Shown here piece by piece: positions 18,420 to 26,517 of a stretch of DNA of 64,000 nt; the first letter of the stretch is position 1; the number at the start of each line of letters is the position of its first letter. Position numbers and translations under genes: made by a program. The stretch is taken from positions 1,595-65,594 of the forward strand of contig JASLWR010000011.1 in NCBI GenBank assembly GCA_030740765.1, written 5' to 3'. The notes under the pieces are model-generated. The model saw only the letters and a program-made list of their open reading frames with translations, had not been told where the DNA came from and searched no databases. Source of the DNA: Thermoplasmatota archaeon (GTDB taxonomy: Archaea > Thermoplasmatota > Penumbrarchaeia > JASLWR01).

Positions 18420-19303
18420 AATTTAATAATATCGTTGATGATTATATTTCAAAGATAAAAAGAGAACTCTACGGGATAGACTCAGCTTCAACAAATGCGA
18501 TAATCGAAGAGCTCGATAACCACATATATGAGAAGTCGAACGATATCGCAGGCGACAGGAACCTGCTTGAGCCGAATAACAAGATATTCAGAGAAGTGAT
18601 CAGTGGATTGGGGCCACCCAACGACGTGGTTGTGGAATACCTGAAAGTACTGCCAAAGAAAACCAGTAAGGGTTTGAAATTATTTCTGTTATTACAGCTT
18701 GTTATTGGTATCGTCGCCGTTATCGTGTCCATTGACCAGTTTATTACTTCCTATGGAATTTCCCAGGGTGAATTCTACGACGGCACATATTTACTATCAA
18801 TGATATTCGTGGGTATCACCTTACTGTTCTTGGGTGCCATCACAGCAATTCTAGTTATAAAACAGTTGAGAAAACCGAAAAACATCATCCATTACGGCGT
18901 GGGTTCGGTGATGCTCTCCGTGATACTCGCCGCAGGATTACTTCTCGTCATGGCGAAATTTATTCTATGGAGGCACATGGAGATCAACAGTGATGACGAA
19001 TTATTCTACGCGTACGTAACCCCGATATTCGTTCTTCTTATGGTTGGATATATCTGGGGCCTGAGAGGCAGCGAGGACCTGAAACGGAGATTCATGCTGG
19101 AGGAGTTCGACAACAAGAAATTCGCCCGAAAAAAGAAAAAGAGCAGGAACGTGATGGCAGGGGTGGTGATTTTCCAATTCAGCAATGGAGCTTTTAACTT
19201 CGTGTCAATTCTCTTTTTTCTTGTAATTTTTTCTGATTCATTCATGCAATTCCTTTTTCCATCGTTGGGTCATAGGGTTTTAAGCTTAATCATGAAAGAT
19301 TAA
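18416..19303 (+). CDS. PadR-associated multi-pass membrane protein (DUF1700-like N-terminal helical domain)
   Basis: The ATG at 18416 overlaps the padR stop (ATGA). The N-terminus MKFNNIVDDYISKIKRELYGIDSASTNAIIEELDNHIYEK resembles the DUF1700-type domain commonly encoded next to PadR genes. Several TM helices follow. The ORF-track start at 18347 is probably too far upstream. Confidence 0.7.
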   Translation: MKFNNIVDDYISKIKRELYGIDSASTNAIIEELDNHIYEKSNDIAGDRNLLEPNNKIFREVISGLGPPNDVVVEYLKVLPKKTSKGLKLFLLLQLVIGIVAVIVSIDQFITSYGISQGEFYDGTYLLSMIFVGITLLFLGAITAILVIKQLRKPKNIIHYGVGSVMLSVILAAGLLLVMAKFILWRHMEINSDDELFYAYVTPIFVLLMVGYIWGLRGSEDLKRRFMLEEFDNKKFARKKKKSRNVMAGVVIFQFSNGAFNFVSILFFLVIFSDSFMQFLFPSLGHRVLSLIMKD

Positions 19304-19755
19304 AAATTTCCTTTTATTGTAATAATCTAAACATATATATTACTTTCTCAGAAGCAGACTTAATCCAAAAAGAAATCTATCCTCAGTAATCTCCCGTGAA
19401 ATTCCCCAATTACCTGGGTAAGAACTCAATATGACCGAGAAAGCCACTTAGTTCTCAATCGCAGTAATGTTAGTTATGGGAAATAAAATCTTGGAAAATA
19501 GTATTCATGTCGGTTAGAAAAAAATGGTACGATATAGACTTCGATGATAGAACAAAGCACAGACTTAGAGACAAACTATCATTTGTAGATACAATTGTCC
19601 AATGAAAATGAATATATTCTGAGATGATAAAAGTCCGATGGAGTCAAAAAGCGAAAGGAAGTTTTTCTAATAAACATACCATCATTGTGCCAATTACTAT
19701 AAATATTATTTAGAAGATGCTGTAAATAATTGGTCTAATTCGACGGTGAGGTTCT

Positions 19756-20853
19756 ATGAAAAAAATCAGATCACAACAAGAGAATATTGAATTGAACAGG
19801 GCAGAACAGAAAATTGGTAAAACAGTTTTGGAAAGTCTGCCGGTCAATTATGCGGTTATTTTGGGTAAAAAATGTGATCTGAATTGTATAATGTGCGGCC
19901 AACATAAAATTCAACGAAGGATATTCAGTCGTAACTGGGAACAAAAAGTTCCAAATGAGATAGTCAATGAAATAATCGATCTGTCAAAATATGCAAAAGA
20001 CGTACTGATTTCAGGCGGAGAACCATTGATCTATCCACAAGCATTACAAATTTATCAGGGAGTAAGTAAGGATCACCATTGTACCTTGAGCATCATGACC
20101 AATGGTAATTCACTAGATGAGAATTGGATAAAACGGATCTGTTCCAAACATTTTGGTCATTTGATTATCTCTGTGGATGCGGCAACTGAAAGAACCTATT
20201 CCTACATTAGGCGTAACGGTATTTTTTCCAAGGTCCTTGAATCAACCAAGAAGATCCGAAAAATAAGTAAATCAAATTCTCATCCTCAAATAAGCTGGTG
20301 GTTTGTCGTGATGAAGCATAATTATAACGAAATAATTCCTTTCATTGAATTGGCCATAAAGCACAAAGTAAATTCAGTTGCCCTGTCACTTATCAATTAT
20401 CAACGTCCCCGGTTCTATTTGGAAAACCCTTTGTATGATAGATCGAAAGCACGGGAGTTACTGGCAATTGCAAAAAAAGCTGATAAATTAGCCTTGAGGG
20501 AAGGCATTGGATTACTTGATCGGATTAGTCCGTCTGTTTTTATAAAATACCCGGATTTGGGACCAAAGGAATTGAATCTCACCGACAAAAAGTCAATTTC
20601 AAAATTCGGGAAAATCCATTGTGACTTTTTTTGGACAACTTTAAAAGTTGAACGAGGAAGTGTATGGGCTTGTCCATGGGTCAAAAAGAAGTACCGAAAT
20701 ATTCCCTTCGAGCATAAGAAACAAAACCTTCAATCTATGTGGAATACCGAATTACTGCAGGAAGCTCGAAAAAAAATGCTTATGGGTGAATATGATAGTG
20801 TGTGCGGGTCATATTGTCCGATTTATCTAAAATGGAAGATGGGACATGGGTAA
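19756..20853 (+). CDS. radical SAM enzyme with C-terminal SPASM/twitch-like Cys cluster, substrate unknown
   Basis: The CDLNCIMCG CX3CX2C motif lies near the N-terminus in a VILGKKC context, with GGEPL downstream. The C-terminal Cys-rich region is HCDFFW...GSVWACPWV...SVCGSYCPIY. The gene and its flanks are visibly more AT-rich than their neighbours. Confidence 0.85.
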   Translation: MKKIRSQQENIELNRAEQKIGKTVLESLPVNYAVILGKKCDLNCIMCGQHKIQRRIFSRNWEQKVPNEIVNEIIDLSKYAKDVLISGGEPLIYPQALQIYQGVSKDHHCTLSIMTNGNSLDENWIKRICSKHFGHLIISVDAATERTYSYIRRNGIFSKVLESTKKIRKISKSNSHPQISWWFVVMKHNYNEIIPFIELAIKHKVNSVALSLINYQRPRFYLENPLYDRSKARELLAIAKKADKLALREGIGLLDRISPSVFIKYPDLGPKELNLTDKKSISKFGKIHCDFFWTTLKVERGSVWACPWVKKKYRNIPFEHKKQNLQSMWNTELLQEARKKMLMGEYDSVCGSYCPIYLKWKMGHG

Positions 20854-20929
20854 GCTCATAAGCGTATAAATCAGGATTCCGCTATCTATCGAAAATGATT
20901 TACCTCATTCAAGATACTAGATATTTCGA

Positions 20930-22397
20930 TCATTCCGGAGGTGGAGGCAGCTCGAAAGATTGGATATCAGGTCGGATTGGAAACGCATTTTCTAGAGGCA
21001 TGGATATTATATTAAATTGTCCATTATCCGGTAATTGATCCGGCTGGACAAATTGATTCGTTTGTGCGGCTTGAGGTAATCCGGCAATTAGCGGATTCAC
21101 GGGTAATTGTCCCTGTGTGTTTAATTGGTCCCCCTGAAATGCCGGAACAGCGCTTGGCGGCGGAACATTTGTCGAAAGCATTGATATTAAACTCGAAATC
21201 ATTTCCCGTATAACCGATATCCGGACTGTCATCTGCTATCACCGAGGGTAGGATCTCATCTATCACGGCATATTTCAAATTTTTATTGTTGTTATCATAA
21301 TAACTGATATGCGGATTATCAAGATGATCTAAAGCGATAGAAGCATGATCACCGAATTCTTTTCCAGAGTCAACGGTCTCTTTGTGCCACTGGTTCCCGT
21401 CATGAAAGGCATACTTCAAACCAGACGATTTATAGGTGATGTGGGGCCGGTCGTTGCTATCCAGGGCCATGGAAGTAGCCAGGTAATCGGAGGTATCTAC
21501 GGTTTCATCGTGCCAATTATTTCCATCATAATAGGCATATTTTAATTCATTGTTCGTCATGTCGAAATAACTGATATGCGGCAGGTCGTTGGAATCGAGA
21601 TCAAGGGAAGTATGGTAGCCGACATCCCCTCTCGAATCTACAGTTTCATTCAACCAGATCGTTCCATTGAAATAAGCATATTTCAGGTCTTTGTTTGTAT
21701 GGTCGAAATAACTGATATGCAGTCGGTCATCGCTATCAATGGCAATAGAAGTATACCGCCCGACATTGTCCTCCTGGTCCACGGTGACTATATCCGCACT
21801 CTTGCCCTGTATATTGCTGACATATATCAGTGAACCCCCAAAATCATAACAGCTTATGTGAGCCTTATCATTACTATCAACTGCAATCGACAGATAATTG
21901 CCAAGTTGAAACCCCACGGGAGTGGAAGTCCACTTTACTCCATCGAAAAAGGAACATATCATCTGCGGAACTAAAGGAGCGTACTCATTAAAACCGAGAT
22001 GTGGCTGATCATTACTATCCAGGGTCAATGACATGTATTGGGCACCCAAACCCATTTGACTTATGTCCGCGATAGTCCATTTTACATTGCTAAAATATGC
22101 ATATTTTGGAAATCTATTGGTTAGATCCTGATAAGCAATATGCGGTTTACCCGTGGAATCGACTCCTATCGAAGAGTAGCTGCCAACGTCCCCCTGTTGA
22201 TCCACGGTCCCGATATGCCATTGGCTTGCTCTTCCAGCGTTTTCATTGTAAAGGGCCGCATCTTGGAGATATACAGTTTGTTCGTTGGATGAGGCAGTAT
22301 TTTCGAAGAAGATTCCTCCTGTACCCTAAGCTCCCATAATAATACCTGTCGCAACAATCAATAAGAGCGAATATCGAAATAATTTCTTCTCTGTCAT
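20930..22397 (-). pseudogene. decayed paralog of the 14684-17908 beta-propeller surface protein (in-frame TAG after the signal anchor; frame change and deletion near the 3' end)
   Basis: The ATG at 22397 encodes MTEKKLFRYSLLLIVATGIIMGA. An in-frame TAG follows (22328-22326). The same frame then continues GTGGIFFENTASS...QWHIGTVDQQGDVGSYSSIGVDSTGKPHIAYQD and seven propeller repeats (track ORF 21024-22205). After ...GNDFEFNINAFD the frame degenerates. An overlapping frame (20930-21232) encodes a P/Q-rich tail like that of the intact paralog. No PKD or TM region remains. Confidence 0.7.
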
Positions 22398-22490
22398 AGT
22401 CCCAGTATCTGAGTTTTGTTAATAAATAGATATTGGTAAGAACATGAAAATGATGGTCGAAGCAGAGATTTCAGAGTTAAAAAAATTGAA

Positions 22491-23750
22491 TTATGTTACT
22501 GCAATAATTATCAGAAATATCACCACACTGAGGAAAGCCGCAGCAGGTATTGTAATGATCCACGAAAGACCGATTTTTTTCAACACTTTGAAATCAATGG
22601 AACCGGCCCCCTTTACGAATCCTACCCCCACGACCCCTCCCACAGCGCAATGTGAGGTGGATATGGGAAGGCCTAACTTCGAACATATCAATACCGACGT
22701 GGCAGCTCCGAAGGTGGCGGCGAATCCCCGTGACGGTGTAATCTTGGTGATACTTCGTCCCATGGTTTCCATTACCTTATACCCCCACGTGTAGATACCG
22801 AGAACTATCACAGCACCCCCCACGATCAATATCCACAGGGGTACTGAAGAGACGGGATCGTTGAAATAGATCGAGATCACAGCGGCAAGGGGCCCGATGG
22901 CATGTGAAACATCGCTGGCCCCGTGTGCAAAGGCGATATAACAGGAGGTTATTATCAGTAAAAAACCGAATATCCGTTCGACCATATCGAAGTCGGACTC
23001 GCCTTTCTTCAACCGGAGGTCCCGGACCAACAACCTGCAAACAAGACCGCTCAGGACCCCGATCTCAGCGGAGACCAGCAATGCATGTGTAAAAGGGACT
23101 GTGTCTAGGCCAAGTCCTGCAAGACCCTTGTAAATTATCGAAAGGGACAGAATAAAAAAAACGACGCCAACGAAAAGTGGCGACATTCTCTTTACGGCTC
23201 TGATGACGTTATCTGAATGGAGGACATACCGTTTGATAACGGCGAAGAGGACAAATGCCAGGACACCACCAGCCAGGGGAGAAATGACCCAGCTGGCTGA
23301 TATTTCAAGTAATTTGTACCCGTTTATTGCTGTAATATCCATTTCACCTATAAGAGAACTGATCAATCCGAAACCAACCACTCCACCGACTATACCGTGT
23401 CCGGTGGACACAGGTAACTTGAAATAGGTGGCGATTGTCATGAAGATTGCGGTTCCAAGCAGGGCTGCGAACATCCCCGACAAAACGATCATCTTTCCAT
23501 TGTCTCCGGTGAAGGAATCGAGATCTATGATCTCGTCCTTGATGGTGGCAGTCACGTGGGATCCCACAAGAATCGCCCCCAGAAGATCGAATATACCGGC
23601 GATGATTATTGCCTTTTTAAGGGTTACCGCACCGCTGCCTACGCTTGTGCCCATGGCATTGGCAACGTCATTGGCACCAATGGTCCACGCCATATACATG
23701 GCAGCGATAAATGCAAGAACTAGCAAAACAGTCAACAAAGCCAATATCAT
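22491..23750 (-). CDS. pit: inorganic phosphate transporter, PiT family
   Basis: The PiT signature GANDVANAMGTSVGSGA is near the N-terminus, and the second-half counterpart is HGASDVSHAIGPLAAV. About 10-12 TM helices, 419 aa. Confidence 0.9.
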   Translation of the reverse strand: MILALLTVLLVLAFIAAMYMAWTIGANDVANAMGTSVGSGAVTLKKAIIIAGIFDLLGAILVGSHVTATIKDEIIDLDSFTGDNGKMIVLSGMFAALLGTAIFMTIATYFKLPVSTGHGIVGGVVGFGLISSLIGEMDITAINGYKLLEISASWVISPLAGGVLAFVLFAVIKRYVLHSDNVIRAVKRMSPLFVGVVFFILSLSIIYKGLAGLGLDTVPFTHALLVSAEIGVLSGLVCRLLVRDLRLKKGESDFDMVERIFGFLLIITSCYIAFAHGASDVSHAIGPLAAVISIYFNDPVSSVPLWILIVGGAVIVLGIYTWGYKVMETMGRSITKITPSRGFAATFGAATSVLICSKLGLPISTSHCAVGGVVGVGFVKGAGSIDFKVLKKIGLSWIITIPAAAFLSVVIFLIIIAVT

Positions 23751-23874
23751 TCCCCAATCTGATTTATTCTTTTTCCAGGATCATGCGCAGCCTAGAAAAA
23801 ACAATACATAGTTGTGGGGTATATAGAATATGTATTATATATATTTTAATTTCTGGATTCGCATGGTGGATGCT

Positions 23875-24219
23875 GTATATTATTCAGCCAAACCGGCTCC
23901 ACTTTCCTCTAATGGAAGCAAGGGGAGGTCACCCCGGGAACTACAATATCGGTCCGCAAGTGCCGTCTGCGGGGGTGGCTCCGATATCGTATTTCATATA
24001 GGTGCCCGGCTTTGGGGGGTCTAGGCACACCTGTTAGCGCCCATTACATTCCGGTGAAACAAGGTGTGCAGTCAAGCCTTTCAAGCCGAGCCAGTAGGCG
24101 ACATAGAAACATTTGTTTCACTGTCGCCTAATAGAATCTCCGATTCTATGTCGGGACCCGGCTTTTCAAGTGGAAGCACCGGAGAGAGGGGAAAGTGACG
24201 AAAGGAGGTAACGATATAC
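23875..24219 (-). ncRNA. candidate structured RNA with RNase P RNA-like motifs (strand and identity uncertain)
   Basis: This is a 1.1-kb ORF-poor gap. It holds many perfect local hairpins (e.g. ggcgaca..tgtcgcc 24098-24128, atagaatc-tcc-gattctat 24131-24149, atatcgg...ccgatat 23945-23987). An 11-bp long-range helix pairs 23900-23910 with 24187-24197. Read on the minus strand, GAAAAGCCGGGUCCC resembles CR-I (GGAAAGUCCGGGCUCC), CUAUAUGAAAUAC resembles CR-IV (CUAGAUGAAUGAC), and GGAGCCGGUUUGG resembles CR-V (GAACCCGGCUUAU). In that orientation the helix order fits the P2/P4 pseudoknot topology. The comparison is from memory of E. coli M1 RNA and is not a covariance search. Confidence 0.35.
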
Positions 24220-24549
24220 CCCCTGTTTATCCTATATCTTTAAGGTTAGATTAACTTTTCTTCACTTGCCAGGGTGAGGACGAAGTTATACAAAATTGCG
24301 CGAAGACCAGTTCAAGAATATGAATTACCTGCCAAATACACATCTTTGGGATGCTTGGCCAAAATTAGGGACAGTGATAATGGAAGATGCACGCGACACA
24401 TCGTGCATATTTCAAATAATTCAGATAAATTTATCAATATTGACGAAATGCCCATACGATCAAGAAATTGAATAAACTAAATCAGGAGCATGGAATGTAT
24501 ACTCCTGTTATTTGTGCTCCCGAAGAGTTGAAGGAAGTGGATTGACTTG

Positions 24550-24705
24550 ATGGATGATCCGATAATCACAGAAGTAAGAAAGGCTGGAAAGGAGATTGCC
24601 CGGGAAGCGGATTATGATATTCACAGACTATGTGAACTCCTTAGAGAAAGAGAGAGGACATCTAGTGTAGTAGTAATAGACCGTAGAAATAAATGGGACC
24701 GATGA
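24550..24705 (+). CDS. possible small protein (51 aa), below the ORF-track cutoff
   Basis: ATG at 24550 to TGA at 24703-24705: MDDPIITEVRKAGKEIAREADYDIHRLCELLRERERTSSVVVIDRRNKWDR. Helical and charged, resembling small orphan or antitoxin-like proteins. No convincing partner gene and no strong RBS. Confidence 0.3.
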   Translation: MDDPIITEVRKAGKEIAREADYDIHRLCELLRERERTSSVVVIDRRNKWDR

Positions 24706-24882
24706 TATTCTGGCTTTTTCAACCAGTCATAAATTGTCGCGAGTTAGGATTCTCTCTGATTGAGCGCTCTCCCTTAGGCCGAGCCGCCCTTACTATTTGC
24801 ATAAATTGCATTAATATTTCTCACGGATTTATGGTTCCATGTACTTTACTTAATATATATTATCTAATATCGAGTGAACAGT

Positions 24883-26088
24883 CTACTCAAACCGGCGTTT
24901 CTCGCCACGGTCCAGTACATTTGTCAGCAAAGTACTGACGTCCGGGAATCTGGTAAGGAGCATCATGGCGGCGATGGCATATAATTTATGTTCGGCCTCG
25001 TGATAGGTCGGCAGTCTGTACCTCTCGAAAACTGAATCGGCGACCTCTCCTTCTGTGCAGTTAACATCCGTAATATCCGCCGGGAGACAGTGCATGTAAA
25101 GTGCTTTCCCGTCCTTTGTAAGCGACATTAACTCTTCGGTACACTCCCAGTTTTTATACCTCGAATTATTCTTTATACATTCCTGCTCCAGCACCTCCAT
25201 TCCCGCCGCGCCGGCCTTTCCCTGGTGCAGAAGCGCGGTACGTTTTTCCATTACAGTAACAGGCGCCCAGCTCTTCGGATAGACTATATCGGCATCCCGG
25301 AATGCCTCTTCCATTGATTCCACAATCGTAAAACTACCGCCGTACTTCTCAGCGTTCTTCCCCGCAATATCCACTATCTCGGGTATCAGATCGTACCCCT
25401 CAGGGTGGGCGAGAACCACGTCCATTCCAAGCCGGCTCATGAGACCGATTATCCCCTGCGGGACCGACATGGGTTTCCCGTAAGCAGGTGAATACGCCCA
25501 TGTCATTGCTATCTTCTTTCCTTTGAGTGATTCCAGGCTTCCGTATGTCCTGATAAGATGTAAAAGGTCTGCCATGCTCTGGGTCGGATGATCCCTGTCG
25601 CACTGTAAATTAATTACGCCGGGCCGCTGTACGAGAACCCCTTCCTTGAAACCTGCATCAATCGAATCCGCCACCTCTTTCTGGTATTTGTGACCTTCTC
25701 CTAAGAAAAGATCATCCCTGATACCGATCACTTCAGTTAGAAAAGAGATCATGTTGGCGGTTTCCCGCACTGTTTCGCCGTGTGAGACCTGTGATTTGCT
25801 CTCGTCGATGTCCTGGACATCTAGGCCCAGAAGGCTGGCCGCGCTGGCAAAGGAGAAACGGGTTCTCGTGGACTTGTCCCGGAAGTTCGATACCGCAAGG
25901 CTGCCGTCGAACACGCGGCATGATATATTGGCCCGATACATTTCTTCCAGTGCGAGGGACACCAACAGAACCGCTTTTATGTCTTCCATGGGGTGCTCCC
26001 ATGTTTGCAGAAAATCTTTATTGTACATATCAATGTCAAGTTCACCAAGTTCCTTTATCATTTTTTGAATTTCATCGTTACTCATCAT
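24883..26088 (-). CDS. ygeW: YgeW-type (knotted) carbamoyltransferase, substrate unknown
   Basis: 401 aa. Transcarbamylase motifs STRTRFSF, HPTQSMADL, HCLP. Long blocks match my recollection of E. coli YgeW (SHGETVRETANMISF, GKKIAMTWAYSP.YGKP.SVPQGIIGLM.R.GMDV.LAHPEGYDLIP, ADIVYPKSWAP). Confidence 0.9.
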   Translation of the reverse strand: MMSNDEIQKMIKELGELDIDMYNKDFLQTWEHPMEDIKAVLLVSLALEEMYRANISCRVFDGSLAVSNFRDKSTRTRFSFASAASLLGLDVQDIDESKSQVSHGETVRETANMISFLTEVIGIRDDLFLGEGHKYQKEVADSIDAGFKEGVLVQRPGVINLQCDRDHPTQSMADLLHLIRTYGSLESLKGKKIAMTWAYSPAYGKPMSVPQGIIGLMSRLGMDVVLAHPEGYDLIPEIVDIAGKNAEKYGGSFTIVESMEEAFRDADIVYPKSWAPVTVMEKRTALLHQGKAGAAGMEVLEQECIKNNSRYKNWECTEELMSLTKDGKALYMHCLPADITDVNCTEGEVADSVFERYRLPTYHEAEHKLYAIAAMMLLTRFPDVSTLLTNVLDRGEKRRFE

Positions 26089-26281
26089 TCATCTCTCCGT
26101 CTCAGTAATACATTAAATTCTTGAATTCGTGGGTTTCCGGTAAGAATGGTCTTGTTTATCTATTTTGCCTAATCTGTATTTGGAACCCAAGTTTGACATT
26201 TCTCAATGTTTATGTGAATCGTGGGGCGCCGCAATAAAGCCACGCGCCCCTCGATTACGAGGAAAATATGGAATAATAAAA

Positions 26282-26317
26282 GTCGGCGCTATGCCGACCA
26301 CGGAGGGCGAGCCCTCC
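26282..26317 (+). repeat. second copy of the double-hairpin element seen at 14392-14428
   Basis: gtcggc-gctat-gccgac (26282-26298), then ggaggg-cgag-ccctcc (26302-26317). Both stems are identical to copy 1 and both loops differ. A further hairpin ggggcgc-N14-gcgcccc lies at 26223-26250. Confidence 0.5.
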
Positions 26318-26517
26318 AATATTCTTGTTATCATTCTTTTAGTTCGGCCTTGCATCGCTACTACCCAATTTTCAAAGTTATTTTTATCCATTGATCAGGT
26401 CATTTTTGGCGTGGTTTCCCGAAAAGGGAAGGAAATATAAAGAAAAGGCCCGACCCCGGCTGAAAAGGACTTTGGGAAGATGAAATTACGGTGGGAATCA
26501 AGCATCGAAATTAAAAA

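Noticed and set aside
22326-22328. In-frame TAG read as pyrrolysine or global stop-codon reassignment
   Set aside because: TAG terminates at least four well-supported genes in this window (28959-28961, 50975-50977, 51892-51894, 57518-57520). The same gene also has a 3' frame break. Pseudogenisation is the simpler explanation, but it is kept as something to check.
24274-24938. ORFs 24274-24471 (65 aa) and 24693-24938 (81 aa)
   Set aside because: They have non-ATG or weak starts and Cys/Arg-rich odd composition. The second overlaps the 3' end of ygeW. They are probably chance frames in the gene desert.
26165-26440. ORFs 26165-26440 (plus strand) and 26203-26391 (minus strand) between ygeW and the amidohydrolase
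   Set aside because: They are built over three GC hairpins of the repeated palindromic element. They are mutually antisense and have no coding signal.
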